DNA of 63,737 bases, counting the filler, from Octopus bimaculoides (Eukaryota), in NCBI RefSeq assembly GCF_001194135.2. It is 4 parts of 4 records of this genome, joined end to end, with 100 filler letters (N's around TTAATTAATTAA, not from the genome) between each part and the next. Parts side by side here need not be neighbours in the genome. Positions count along the whole stretch, not along the records: positions 1 to 28,700 come from NC_068984.1; positions 28,801 to 39,569 come from NC_068997.1; positions 39,670 to 62,132 come from NC_068986.1; 1 more part is not named here. One strand, given 5' to 3'. The position numbers and the translations under genes were made by a program. Shown here piece after piece: positions 26,599 to 40,439 of the stretch. The notes beneath the pieces are model-generated. The model searched no databases and was not told the origin of the DNA. It worked only from the letters and a program-made list of their open reading frames with translations. How positions within the stretch are numbered: position 1 is the first letter of the stretch; each line of letters opens with the position of its first letter.

Positions 26599-27024
26599 GG
26601 TGGAGGCGCAGAGGCGCAGTGGTTAGGGCAGCGGACTCGCGGTCGTAGGATCGCGGTTTCGATTCCTAGACCGAGTGTTTATTGAGCGAAAACACCTAAA
26701 AAGCTCCACAAGGCACCGACAGTGGCGGGGAGTGGCGAACCCTGCAGTACTCTTTCACCACAACATTCTCTCACTCTTTCTCCCTGTTTCTGTTGTACCT
26801 GTATTTCAAAGGGTCAGCCTTGTCACACTGTGTCACGCTGAATATCCCCGAGAACTACGTTAAGGGTANNNNNNNNNNCTGTGTCACGCTGAATATCCCC
26901 GAGAACTACGTTAAGGGTACACGTGTCTGTGGAGTGCTCAGCCACTTGCACGTTAATTCCACGAGCAGGCTGTTCCGTTGATTGGATCAACTGGAACCCT
27001 TATCGTCATAATCGACGGTGTTCC
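26599..27024 (+). mobile_element. tRNA-derived SINE family C with 10-bp TSD
   Basis: tRNA-like head ggcgcagtggttagggcagcggactcgcgg...ggtttcgattcc; direct repeat ACTCCGTACG at 26589-26598 and 27025-27034; contains a 10-N gap with a duplicated flank. Confidence 0.85.
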
Positions 27025-28744
27025 ACTCCGTACGTAATTTTAAAATTTTCTTAAGAGTTATTCTTCTCTGATGCGCCATGCAAGAATTGACTCCAGTTTA
27101 GCAGTAATTGAGAAATGACTATTGGTAGTGCCTTTTACACTTTAAATGAAAGACAATTTCTCTATGGCTCAACTTCTTGGTATCAGAAGGTTACTGATGA
27201 GATCAAGAAGTTTAGCCATGAGATGAAGGAATCGGATGTTTTCACCTAAAATTAGACGGTACGAAAAACTAATGCCAATTAATTTCCAGTAGAATGATAA
27301 TAAAATGTAAATGTTAACATGCAACCCACACTACCTGTTACTGGTACTTACTGGTGATGCCACTATTTCGTGCAATATTGCTCTCAATGCTTAATTAGAT
27401 GGAATTATAAGTTGTTTGGATTTTGCTATATTTCGTAATTAAATTTTAAGCACTCTTGTTAATTTGAATATCCTCGAAAGCATGTAAAAGATACAGAATA
27501 GAAATATTTTCTCAAATTATGAAAATGTACCACTGGTGGTGCATATGTCAGCTGTGTGAAGTTTGCGATGAATTTCCGTTGGTATATGTGGTGGTTAATG
27601 CGTTGAATTCGTCTTCATGAAAGCGAATAAAGTATTTTTAAAAATATATCCAGTAAAAATACATTTGGCCGTCTTGCAAACACAAAAGTAATCCTGACAA
27701 GTAAAATCTCTAATTTACGCAAAAATAAGATAATAAAATTGATAAATTTACAAAATTACTGCTTACTGCAATATTCAGTGCGGTAAAGGCTCAAACATTA
27801 AGTAAGACATGGTTTATTATAAACAATCAAAGGACAATGAGAAACTCTAAAACAAATCTTTTTAAATAAATTATGTTAGTTAAAGTGTGTAGATGTTTTG
27901 AAAAACTGTAGTTGTGAGAGAGTGATACATTAGACAATCGAAAACAAGTTAAAAAGTGTAAATAATGTGATATTATTTTATGAGATAAATGAGGTCCAAA
28001 CAAGAATCCTTAGAAAAACGTCAAAACGAAGAATGAGATATAAGTAGGAAAATCAAGATTATTAAAAATCATTTTTAACACAGTAACTTCAAAAACTGAA
28101 AAAATAAAACCGGTCTCTGAAGCTGATCAGATATCTTTATAAAGATGAACGCGTTTTAATCTTCTATGTAGAAAGAGACTATCAAAACGTATCTACGTTT
28201 ATTTACTTTCTAAAACGTAGGCGTTATATTCTACAGGTTAATTTCATTTAGATTTATCTTAACAATTAAGAAACATTATAAAATCGAAGCTAACTATAAC
28301 TTAAATTTATCTAAACAATTAAATATAATTTCAGTTTTTATATACATGCTCTTTGGGCATAAGACAATTATTAATTAAGTCATCATGCCGTTCATTAAAA
28401 AAAAGCAATATACTAATTAATAGGTGCACTTCAGATGCAATCTGAATTTTTAAAATGATTTCAGCAGTGTTTAATATTCAGTATCATCGTATCATTGTAA
28501 ACAGGGGGCAGGAGATGGGGGAGTAGTTGTCACTGAGAAGAAGTCAATTAGTCACGAAACATGTCAGGTCAGAATTGCCTTCCTTACTTTTATGTGTTCC
28601 AGGAGAATTACTTAGGTGTATTTAGATTTGTTAACTTACTGTGCATACATAACATACATACATGCACACATATACACATACATATAATTATATATATATA
28701 NNNNNNNNNNNNNNNNNNNNNNNNNNNNNNNNNNNNNNNNNNNN

Positions 28745-28756
28745 TTAATTAATTAA
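28745..28756. other. Artificial scaffold linker TTAATTAATTAA
   Basis: 44 N + 12 nt + 44 N = 100 bp, identical at three places in the window. Confidence 0.95.
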
Positions 28757-29144
28757 NNNNNNNNNNNNNNNNNNNNNNNNNNNNNNNNNNNNNNNNNNNN
28801 TATATATATATATATATATATGACCTTGCAAAATATTTTATTTTGCTAAAATAGCTTGAATCCATGATTCAAGCTATGTATAAAGAACAGGATCTTTGCA
28901 ACTCAGATACTCATATACTAGGATACACGCATGTATGTATATATATATATGTCTGTCTGTCTGTATGCATGTATGTGTGCGTATATTGACATTTATATAT
29001 ACATATATTTATATGTATGTACTTATACATATACACATACATATATATGTACAAGCATATACACATATATATTGAGTAGATAAACACACACACATACATC
29101 TATACATATATATCTATTATATATTATGTATATGGATACATATT

Positions 29145-29240
<96 letters not shown>

Positions 29241-29604
29241 TATATGTGTGTATATATATATTTGTATATATGTATATACACATACACGCATATATGCATA
29301 TACATATGCATATATGCATATATTTATGTGCGTGCGTGTTTGTATGTACATGTATATATATATATATATNNNNNNNNNNNNNNNNNNNNNNNNNNNNNNN
29401 NNNNNNNNNNNNNNNNNNNNNNNNNNNNNNNNNNNNNNNNNNNNNNNNNNNNNNNNNNNNNNNNNNNNNNNNNNNNNNNNNNNNNNNNNNNNNNNNNNNN
29501 NNNNNNNNNNNNNNNNNNNNNNNNNNNNNNNNNNNNNNNNNNNNNNNNNNNNNNNNNNNNNNNNNNNNNNNNNNNNNNNNNNNNNNNNNNNNNNNNNNNN
29601 NNNN

Positions 29605-29686
<82 letters not shown>

Positions 29687-29819
29687 TATTTATTCCATAA
29701 CTTTTTTGTTTTCTCCTCTACTTCATTGATCTGTTACTATCAAAGATCATAGTTATACCTTAATCCGTCTTTCCTCTCTCTCTCTGTGTCTTTCTTTGTC
29801 TGTCTGTCTGTCTCTCTGA

Positions 29820-29853
<34 letters not shown>

Positions 29854-30277
29854 GTCTATCTGTGTCTGTGTCTTTCTCTCTTTCTCTCTTTTACTGTTTG
29901 TCACTGTTTATATTCCACCGTGTTTATCGTCGGCCACCCTCTTTCTACCCGAAACTCTCCCGTTCTCTTCCTGAAAATATATCACTTTCTATCTCTCTTC
30001 CACACGCTCTACCCATTCATATTCTACAACCTCGGCCGCTCACCCCCTCACCCCCTATACATCCTCTAAGTACATCATAGATCCACAAAATACCCATCAC
30101 ATAATCATCAACATTAACATTTAATTGCTCTTTTCTCATTCTTTTCTCTTTTTCCTTTCCATTTTGATTGCTTTAACTCACCATCGTTATCCATTCCACC
30201 CTGCATCATCACATCTACCCCATAAACTCAAGCATCATCTCCTCCCACACACTCATCACCGACAGAGACATCTACGC

Positions 30278-30439
30278 TTCTTCTTCTTCTTCTTCTTCTT
30301 CTTCTTCTTCTTCTTCTTCTTCTTCTTCTTCTTCTTCTTCTTCTTCTTCTTCTTCTTCTTTCATTTTTGTCCTCCAGCTCCCCACGCCGACCCCTATTCC
30401 TTGCGCTACAGTGCTGCAGCGGCTGCTGCTGCTGCCGTG

Positions 30440-30497
<58 letters not shown>

Positions 30498-30670
30498 GCA
30501 TCTTCATTACCACATAATGCGCCCGTTGAGAACGTGATAAAATTAAGGCAATGAACTCAATAGCAATACATACATAAAGGTAAAAAATAACAAAACAATT
30601 GCAAAATACCGGTAAAAAAAAGTAGCAGCAGCAGTAACAGTAATAGTAGTAGTAGTAGTAGTAGTAGTAA

Positions 30671-30711
<41 letters not shown>

Positions 30712-30832
30712 AGAACAATAACAAAGAAGGTAAAGAGATGAAAAACGGATAAAGCGGCCATTATTGAAATAGTAATGTAGTAAATTGGTATAAAACAAAT
30801 ATTAAATTGGAACTAAAACTGTAATGACTATT

Positions 30833-30865
<33 letters not shown>

Positions 30866-30916
30866 TTAATAATAATAATAGTAATAATAATAATAATAAT
30901 GATGATGATGATGATG

Positions 30917-30965
<49 letters not shown>

Positions 30966-31030
30966 TGATGATGATGATGGTGATTATGATAATGATAATA
31001 ATAATAATAATAATAATAAAAATAATGATA
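30278..31030. repeat. Cluster of (TTC)n, (GCT)n, (CTA)n, (TAG)n and (TAA/TGA)n microsatellites
   Basis: Directly visible. Confidence 0.95.
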
Positions 31031-31355
31031 ATTCTGACATCTGTAGTAATATTAACGACACGAAACAGAGGGCGGGTTGGGAAATAATTAGAAAACAAAT
31101 ATAATTATATCGTTTCTATATTTTCTCTTCCGTAACTTCCTTGCCTCTGGCTGCGTCTCTTCACTCTCTTTCCTTCTCTCTTCTTCTCTCTCCTTCCTTC
31201 TCTTTCTCTTTCGCTCTCCCTCTCGCTCGTTCGCTCGCTCTCTTGTCTTGTCTTTCATTTTCGATGTCTCGGTGTCTGTCACTCAACCTGGTTATTTGCC
31301 TGTCTGTCTGTCTGTCTGTATGTATGTATGTATGTCTCTCTCTCTCTCTCTCTTT

Positions 31356-31391
<36 letters not shown>

Positions 31392-31534
31392 CAAAGAATA
31401 TATATGCATGTATACACACATATATGTACATACTTACATCTACATGTGTATATAGATGCATATCAGGGTACAGGACGTTAGAACAATGAACTACAGACAA
31501 CGGAACGAACACATAGGAAAACGGAAAGCCACTT

Positions 31535-31577
31535 GGAATATTCCTTCATCAGCCTCTATTCTAACCCGACGTTTCGA

Positions 31578-31578
<1 letters not shown>
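31535..31578 (-). ncRNA. Fragments of two tandem minimal HHR-like motifs next to (TA)n
   Basis: Minus strand ttc-GAAACGTC-gggttagaatagagg-CTGATGA-a-ggaatattcc; neither motif is complete. Confidence 0.3.
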
Positions 31579-31612
<34 letters not shown>

Positions 31613-32605
31613 NNNNNNNNNNNNNNNNNNNNNNNNNNNNNNNNNNNNNNNNNNNNNNNNNNNNNNNNNNNNNNNNNNNNNNNNNNNNNNNNNNNNNNNN
31701 NNNNNNNNNNNNNNNNNNNNNNNNNNNNNNNNNNNNNNNNNNNNNNNNNNNNNNNNNNNNNNNNNNNNNNNNNNNNNNNNNNNNNNNNNNNNNNNNNNNN
31801 NNNNNNNNNNNNNNNNNNNNNNNNNNNNNNNNNNNNNNNNNNNNNNNNNNNNNNNNNNNNNNNNNNNNNNNNNNNNNNNNNNNNNNNNNNNNNNNNNNNN
31901 NNNNNNNNNNNNNNNNNNNNNNNNNNNNNNNNNNNNNNNNNNNNNNNNNNNNNNNNNNNNNNNNNNNNNNNNNNNNNNNNNNNNNNNNNNNNNNNNNNNN
32001 NNNNNNNNNNNNNNNNNNNNNNNNNNNNNNNNNNNNNNNNNNNNNNNNNNNNNNNNNNNNNNNNNNNNNNNNNNNNNNNNNNNNNNNNNNNNNNNNNNNN
32101 NNNNNNNNNNNNNNNNNNNNNNNNNNNNNNNNNNNNNNNNNNNNNNNNNNNNNNNNNNNNNNNNNNNNNNNNNNNNNNNNNNNNNNNNNNNNNNNNNNNN
32201 NNNNNNNNNNNNNNNNNNNNNNNNNNNNNNNNNNNNNNNNNNNNNNNNNNNNNNNNNNNNNNNNNNNNNNNNNNNNNNNNNNNNNNNNNNNNNNNNNNNN
32301 NNNNNNNNNNNNNNNNNNNNNNNNNNNNNNNNNNNNNNNNNNNNNNNNNNNNNNNNNNNNNNNNNNNNNNNNNNNNNNNNNNNNNNNNNNNNNNNNNNNN
32401 NNNNNNNNNNNNNNNNNNNNNNNNNNNNNNNNNNNNNNNNNNNNNNNNNNNNNNNNNNNNNNNNNNNNNNNNNNNNNNNNNNNNNNNNNNNNNNNNNNNN
32501 NNNNNNNNNNNNNNNNNNNNNNNNNNNNNNNNNNNNNNNNNNNNNNNNNNNNNNNNNNNNNNNNNNNNNNNNNNNNNNNNNNNNNNNNNNNNNNNNNNNN
32601 NNNNN

Positions 32606-32642
<37 letters not shown>

Positions 32643-32648
32643 TACACA

Positions 32649-32694
<46 letters not shown>

Positions 32695-32929
32695 TACAAA
32701 CAAATCCTCTGTCCCTTTTTCCTACTATGTAAGTTCCTAAATCTTTCTTTCTTTCTCTAGATTCCTCCTCACTCTCTCTCCACCACTAATCTACCCCACC
32801 CACCCACTCTCCGCACCCCACAACCAAAGTATCCCCAATTGCCAGTAAATTGCTGCTCCCTTTCCTACTCTGCACAATACCATGACACATGTCATTTATT
32901 TATACTAACGACCCCTAACAGTTATTATC

Positions 32930-32973
32930 ATCGTTCCTTATCAAGGTCATCGTCTCCATCATCATCGTCGTCA

Positions 32974-33005
<32 letters not shown>

Positions 33006-33527
33006 ATCATCAGCTTCATGGCTATCATTATCGTCATCATCGTCAACTTTATGATTACAATTCGACTGTTTGCCCTCCCCTACCACCACCACCATCATCC
33101 CTCCACCACATCCTCCTCCTCCTCCTTATCATCATCATCACCATCATCATCATCATCGTCATCGTCATCGTCATCGCCGTCGTCGTCGTCGTTGTCCTCC
33201 TCCTCTTTCTCCCCCTCCTCCCCCTTTCTCCCCCTNNNNNNNNNNNNNNNNNNNNNNNNNNNNNNNNNNNNNNNNNNNNNNNNNNNNNNNNNNNNNNNNN
33301 NNNNNNNNNNNNNNNNNNNNNNNNNNNNNNNNNNNNNNNNNNNNNNNNNNNNNNNNNNNNNNNNNNNNNNNNNNNNNNNNNNNNNNNNNNNNNNNNNNNN
33401 NNNNNNNNNNNNNNNNNNNNNNNNNNNNNNNNNNNNNNNNNNNNNNNNNNNNNNNNNNNNATCATCACCATCATCATTGTCATCATCATCATCATTGTCA
33501 TCATCATCAACATCATCATCATCATTG

Positions 33528-33558
<31 letters not shown>

Positions 33559-33694
33559 TATTATCATCATCATCGTCATCATCACCATCATCATTGTCAT
33601 CATCATCATCATAATTGTCGTCGTCCTCGTCGTCATCATCATCATCGACGCCGTCATCCTCTTCTCCTCCTCCTAATCATCATCATCATTATCC

Positions 33695-33731
<37 letters not shown>

Positions 33732-34570
33732 TGTCGTCGTCATAGTTTTATTTCTCAACAAAAGAAAACTGATTCTTTTACTATCCAATCGAATTAGTTA
33801 AACCTTCCATCCATGGCAAGCTGTCGACTTAAGACTACATACATACCAATGTCTATTTTCTCCAATTCTTAAAAACCACGTGGTATCTAGTTGACATCTA
33901 AGTTATAATTTAACAGCTATATCTCGCAGTTCACCTGAGAGCTTAGAGACTTCCTCGATGGTTCGTAGCAAGTCGACTCATTACCATTTTTCTTTGGAGA
34001 CCTCAGTATAACGATTCCACCTATAAGAAATAGCAGCCACATCTCACTCGAATCATTCCGCACTATTTTTGAAAGTATACATTGGTTAATGTCTTTTTGA
34101 TTTACCGGTACATAGAAATGAAAACTCGAACAAGTGGTCACGGCTGTGATGCTCTTTATCTGAGGTCTACTTCATCTAGGATGACCTGGGACGAAATTAT
34201 ATAGACAAATGTAGCATCAATAGGTGCAACAACAAACCAATGAAAACTAACCACAACAATCACAACTGCAATATCATTAATAATGAAACAACAATCAAGC
34301 TATGAAGAACAATTCTGGGAACAACGGCAATAACAACAAAAAGAACAGAAGCAGTGAGAAACACAAGACCACCACCACCAACACCACACTAACATCTATA
34401 CTAATACCACTACAAATACCGCCACCACCACCACTACCACCACCACTATCACCACCACTACCATTTGTACCACCACTAACACCGTCAATGCTACCACCCA
34501 CACCAGCACCACAATCATTACCACCACCACCACCACCACCAATACTACCACCACTAACACCAACACTACC
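32930..34570. repeat. (TCA/TCG)n and (CCA)n degenerate trinucleotide tracts
   Basis: Directly visible at 32930-33735 and 34340-34570; source of poly-His/Ser/Pro ORFs. Confidence 0.9.
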
Positions 34571-35486
34571 NNNNNNNNNNNNNNNNNNNNNNNNNNNNNN
34601 NNNNNNNNNNNNNNNNNNNNNNNNNNNNNNNNNNNNNNNNNNNNNNNNNNNNNNNNNNNNNNNNNNNNNNNNNNNNNNNNNNNNNNNNNNNNNNNNNNNN
34701 NNNNNNNNNNNNNNNNNNNNNNNNNNNNNNNNNNNNNNNNNNNNNNNNNNNNNNNNNNNNNNNNNNNNNNNNNNNNNNNNNNNNNNNNNNNNNNNNNNNN
34801 NNNNNNNNNNNNNNNNNNNNNNNNNNNNNNNNNNNNNNNNNNNNNNNNNNNNNNNNNNNNNNNNNNNNNNNNNNNNNNNNNNNNNNNNNNNNNNNNNNNN
34901 NNNNNNNNNNNNNNNNNNNNNNNNNNNNNNNNNNNNNNNNNNNNNNNNNNNNNNNNNNNNNNNNNNNNNNNNNNNNNNNNNNNNNNNNNNNNNNNNNNNN
35001 NNNNNNNNNNNNNNNNNNNNNNNNNNNNNNNNNNNNNNNNNNNNNNNNNNNNNNNNNNNNNNNNNNNNNNNNNNNNNNNNNNNNNNNNNNNNNNNNNNNN
35101 NNNNNNNNNNNNNNNNNNNNNNNNNNNNNNNNNNNNNNNNNNNNNNNNNNNNNNNNNNNNNNNNNNNNNNNNNNNNNNNNNNNNNNNNNNNNNNNNNNNN
35201 NNNNNNNNNNNNNNNNNNNNNNNNNNNNNNNNNNNNNNNNNNNNNNNNNNNNNNNNNNNNNNNNNNNNNNNNNNNNNNNNNNNNNNNNNNNNNNNCAGCA
35301 CAACAGCAACGTTCGTAGCGCTGCAGAAGACATTGCCATTAAAAGCCGTTAATAACTCATTGATTTAGTGTTATATAGTTTTTAAATGTAACCCTTTTAT
35401 TATCTTTGCTCTATATTAAAAACAGCAATAACGCCGATAATAATTATTAATTGCCAACTTGCTTACCTCTCTCCTACACACACACT

Positions 35487-35518
<32 letters not shown>

Positions 35519-35838
35519 CACACACACAACACAAACGTTCGCGCACGCACACGCACACGCACCCAGACGTTTGTACGCAATGAGAGAAACAGACACAGAG
35601 AAAACATTCACACATAAGCATCCCTACGAACACCACCATCACCACCGCCTATTCATACACAGCAAAAAAACAAAAACAAAAACAAAAAACAAACAAAAGG
35701 AAAACACAAAAAAAAAACGCACACGCATACACCTGAATACTCATTACGCACATACATACTTATACATACATGTACGTACCCGCTCGCAAACATACATGCA
35801 CATATATTTGTAAACAGAAATGTTCCTATTCACACCCA

Positions 35839-35886
<48 letters not shown>

Positions 35887-36042
35887 CTGTACCCATATAT
35901 GCATGAATGTATACATATAGATGTGGGTATGTACATATATGTATGGCTATATGCATATATTTATATATATTATTTATATTATATGATCGAACGCCACGCA
36001 TCCTTTCCCAAGTAAGTTTTGTCTGTATATATAAATGTTGGT

Positions 36043-36251
36043 TTCAAATTTTGGCACAAGGCCAGCATATTCGGGGCGGGTTAAGTCGATTACATCCACC
36101 CAAGTGCTCAGCTGGTACCCTTTTTTTTATTGACCCCGAAAAGAACGAAAGTAAAGCCGACCCCGATTGAATTTGAACTGAGGACATAAACACGGACGAA
36201 ATGCCGCTAAGTATTTTGCCCAGCCTGCTAATTATTCTTCTAGCTCGCCGC
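36043..36251 (-). mobile_element. SINE family B, degenerate
   Basis: gaatttgaactgagg...gacgaaatgccgctaagtattttgccc...ctagctcgccgc. Confidence 0.75.
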
Positions 36252-36439
36252 TTTCAATACATACATACGTACATACATACATTGGCATGTATTCAGATGA
36301 ATACTCGCACATGCGTATTATACATATACATATGTAAAACGCACACACATTTATATATACTCATAAACGCTCAACCTGTCTCAGAGACATTAATATGCAC
36401 CCATATGCACATTAACATACATACATATTGTTTTCTGCT

Positions 36440-36642
36440 TTAGGCACAAGGCTCGAAATTTTGGGGGATGGGGCCAGTCGATTAGATCGACCCCAGTACG
36501 TAACTGGTAGTTAATTTATCGACCTCGAAAGGATGAAAGGCAAACTCGACCTCAGCGGAATTTGAACTCAGAACGTAAAGACAGACGAAACACCGCTAAG
36601 CATTTTACCCGGCGTGCTAACTGTTTAACCAGCTCGCCGCCT
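36440..36642 (-). mobile_element. SINE family B
   Basis: gtcgattagatcgaccccagtacgtaactgg...ggaatttgaactcagaacg...ccagctcgccgcc. Confidence 0.85.
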
Positions 36643-36883
36643 AAACATACATACATGTCCACAGAGCAACTCGCTAAAAGATACACATGGCGCAAACTCA
36701 CACATGCACACACATACACACACAGACACACACATGCAGATACAGACAGGCAAACATACACACGTACAAATACTGATACACAAATTCACACCGAACGACA
36801 CGTACAGCAACCTACCTATTAGACATACATTCAAGACACGCTCATATTAACACAGATACTTTCACAAAGAAACGGACACACAC

Positions 36884-36945
<62 letters not shown>

Positions 36946-37560
36946 TTTGGTTACAGAAGAAGAAATCAGTTCTTGTCTTGGCTTCGAGGAAGAGCGTTAT
37001 TATTTTTGATTATATTAGCTATTGATTGCTTAATTAATTCTTTTATAGTTGTATTATTATTGCCGTCGTTGTTGTAGCTGTTGTTTTACTAACGTTTACA
37101 CTTTGAATGTCTTATCATTAAGTGAATCATCATCATCGCCATCACAATCGTTGCCGTCTTCCACGTCGTCAACGTCATCATAATCAACATCATCATCATC
37201 ATGATCACACTGTCATCGTCGACATTGTCTTCGCCGCATTCTACCGCCGTCATTATTGTCGCTCAAGTCGCCATCATAGCAATCATGATGATAAAATTAT
37301 TCGTTATCGTCATCTGCCTGTATGTTTTCGTCATCATCATCATCATCATCATCGTCTCAACTGATGCGAAACCGTAAGAAATCAGTGACCACTGGACAGC
37401 CTTGAACCTACAGCACCATGCTCCAAAGCCTTCCAGTTGTGACCATTCAGAAATTTTGACGAAACCGTGTTATTCATATGTCCTGGTTAACAAAACTGTA
37501 GTTACGTTCCTGCATACATACTCACAGATACATATATTTATGTATATGTATAATGTATGT

Positions 37561-38058
37561 GTAGCTGAGTGGTAAGAGGGTTGCTTCTCAACCACATGGT
37601 TCCGGGTTCAGTCCCGCTACGTGGTACCTTGGCAAGTGTCTTCTACTACATCCTCGGGGCGACCAAATTTTTTTGAGTGGATTTCGTAGACGAAAGCTGA
37701 AAGAAGCCTGTCGTATATATATATATATATATATATNNNNNNNNNNNNNNNNNNNNNNNNNNNNNNNNNNNNNNNNNNNNNNNNNNNNNNNNNNNNNNNN
37801 NNNNNNNNNNNNNNNNNNNNNNNNNNNNNNNNNNNNNNNNNNNNNNNNNNNNNNNNNNNNNNNNNNNNNNNNNNNNNNNNNNNNNNNNNNNNNNNNNNNN
37901 NNNNNNNNNNNNNNNNNNNNNNNNNNNNNNNNNNNNNNNNNNNNNNNNNNNNNNNNNNNNNNNNNNNNNNNNNNNNNNNNNNNNNNNNNNNNNNNNNNNN
38001 NNNNNNNNNNNNNNNNNNNNNNNNNNNATTTGACTGAAACAAGTAAAAGAATAAAAGA
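37561..38058 (+). mobile_element. SINE family A spanning an assembly gap
   Basis: Head gagtggtaagaggg...ccgggttcagtccc...ctgaaagaagcctgtcgtatata; tail atttgactgaaacaagtaaaagaataaaag after the gap. Confidence 0.8.
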
Positions 38059-38231
38059 ACGTGCGTGTTAGTGCGCGTGTGTGCGTGCGCGTGCATGTGT
38101 GTGCGTGCGCGTGCATGTGTGTGCGTGCGCGTGCATGTGTGTTTGGATAATGTACGCTTCGCTAGTAAAAACAAAAACAAAAAAAAAACAATTAATTAAT
38201 TCAGTAGAAGTAAAATAATAAGCTTTTCTAC

Positions 38232-38412
38232 TCTAAACAAAGGCCCGAAATTTTTGGGGAGGGTGCCAGTCGATTAGATCGACCCCAGTACGCAACTGAT
38301 ACTTAATTTATCGATGCCGAAAGGATGAAAGGCAAAATCGACCTAGGCGAAATATGAACTCAGAAAGTAAAGACAGACGAAATACCGCTAAGCATTTCGC
38401 CCGTCGTGCTAC
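38232..38412 (-). mobile_element. SINE family B, 5'-clipped
   Basis: gtcgattagatcgaccccagtacgc...gacagacgaaataccgctaagcatttcgcccgtcgtgct. Confidence 0.8.
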
Positions 38413-38434
38413 CTGTACTGCCAACCAGTACAGG

Positions 38435-38572
38435 TATGCCTTATGCAATAAAATGTGCAAATCTTTCACCGGGCTCAAGAGTCATACAAGAACCTCACAT
38501 TGTACCATCAATGACTCCTTTCGGTGATTCTTTCTAGCAATGGCTTTGCTCGTATACGAGAAAGCAGCTATT
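38435..38572 (+). mobile_element. 3' end of an RTE-clade LINE
   Basis: YALCNKMCKSFTGLKSHTRTSH resembles the RTE C-terminal zinc-knuckle pattern C..C.R.C.S..GL.SH.R.H; short 3' UTR follows. Confidence 0.6.
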
Positions 38573-39154
38573 ATATATATCGTATATGTCATAAAAGTGA
38601 GATTTGTATACATCACCCTTTCATCACTAGCCAAACTTTTGATTTAAATCGCACTCTATGAGCTGTATTTATAGTATAAGACGCACTTGATAATGTTTGT
38701 TTATAGTATTTTACAAGTAATGGTTTTTGTTCAACATATAGTCTATCCCCACAAAATGGACGCACATGTTCTTAACATATTTTGATAAACGTTGAACCAA
38801 AACACAGGCTTAGAAACTACAGTTCTATAAAGGTTATCAAAGTTATGATTATTTCTGTTTGGCGATAAGGAGGATATTTAAGTCGTCACAGAAGTATTGG
38901 AGCTTGGCACTAACTGTTGAAAGTTTATTGCCCTCATAGTTCTTTAACAACTCAAATAACGTACACTACTGTACAAGACAATGCTGGTTATAACTTATTA
39001 ATTCTTTGCAACTAATGACAAAACACACGAAATGTCTGCCTTAATATACATTAAGTGGGCCTTTGAATTGTAGTCTTAACATTAGTGACGTCACTTAGGA
39101 GTCGATTACTCTACAGGAATTAACATAGTATTCAAATATGATACAATACTCTTA

Positions 39155-39320
39155 ACATTCAAATGGAACCTGGAGAAATTCGTCCAAGAAATACCAGACA
39201 AACCACCAACATCTGGATACATTTCGGCGAACAACAAACCCCATCCTGAAGTGGTTGGCTGTAAAGTCCTAAAAGTCTGGGCCAATAATAGCCGGGACCC
39301 ACTTAAGTTATCAGATACTT
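39155..39320 (+). mobile_element. 3' end fragment of a CR1/L2-type LINE
   Basis: TFKWNLEKFVQEIPDKPPTSGYISANN matches the FK..LD.FL..IPD.P....Y....N C-terminal motif. Confidence 0.6.
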
Positions 39321-39613
39321 GAAGTGAAGGACAGAGTTACTTACGGTATGTATAAAGTTAAAATGGAATATATAAAAAATATTGATACAGTAGAGTGCAG
39401 ATATTTTTCTCTATTTTTTTTTTAGAATTGTAATGTTCCATAGATTTACAACCCTAGATTACATAATTCCTCTTTTTAAGATGATCTCTAATTTGTTTGT
39501 GTGTGTATGTGTGTGTATATATATATAGACATATACATATATATACATACAATCATATATATATATATANNNNNNNNNNNNNNNNNNNNNNNNNNNNNNN
39601 NNNNNNNNNNNNN

Positions 39614-39625
39614 TTAATTAATTAA
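39614..39625. other. Artificial scaffold linker TTAATTAATTAA
   Basis: 44 N + 12 nt + 44 N. Confidence 0.95.
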
Positions 39626-39726
39626 NNNNNNNNNNNNNNNNNNNNNNNNNNNNNNNNNNNNNNNNNNNNATATATATATATATATATACATACACACACA
39701 TACATATATATGTGTGGGGGGGGGGC

Positions 39727-40369
39727 ATGGTGGGTGTCCTTGTTTTTATCTTCCATCACTACATAACCGGTGGAGTAAGTACTAGGCTGAAAAAAAGGCT
39801 GAGGGTTATTCATTTCATTAAAACAACTCAGTGCTGCAGTCCACTAAAACAACTAATATATATAAAACATGTAAAAGTTATATAAATGAATAAGGCGTTA
39901 ACATGTATACACAGATATATCAAAATTTCCATAGACACTGATATGTACATAGTTATTTTTATGTGTGTATGTATATAGGAATGTAAGTAACGATCAAATC
40001 ATACGTGCTCGTCTTGTGCTGTATTTCATTACTATATTTCAAAACTATTTGCACATTAATATATTGACTACAAAAACGCAAAATTGACCCTTTATATTTT
40101 TACGTAAACTAAGCAAATAATTGGCACGCATCTAAATATAATATATATTTTAATGAAATAAAAGAAAGCGAAAGTTATGGGAGGTATACTTGCATAAAGA
40201 AATAAATACAATGCAAAACTTCTAGAGCAATTTAGTTTCTAAATATTCCGAAACAAAAAAAAAACGTATCTTTTATTTTCAGTTAACACTGCAGGAAACG
40301 TTAGAGAAATCTTAATACAATAGAATATATTGAAGTAAAGTAAATAAACAATTACAGCAGAATACTTCG
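39727..40369 (-). repeat. 643-bp segment with an inverted, diverged copy at 42648-43291
   Basis: Collinear over the whole length by eye; includes a 46-nt exact match (39979-40024 vs reverse complement of 42989-43034). Confidence 0.95.
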
Positions 40370-40439
40370 ATAATATAAGTTCATACAATAGACTTTAATT
40401 ATCATGAAAAGAGAAATGCAAATGACACAAAACTAACAA

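Noticed and set aside
26828-26919. 41-bp tandem duplication within SINE C
   Set aside because: Exact duplicate on both sides of a 10-N gap, an unresolved contig overlap.
39084-39095. AGTGACGTCACT palindrome (also TGACGTCA at 47600) as functional CREs
   Set aside because: Motif only, with no promoter context; function cannot be inferred.
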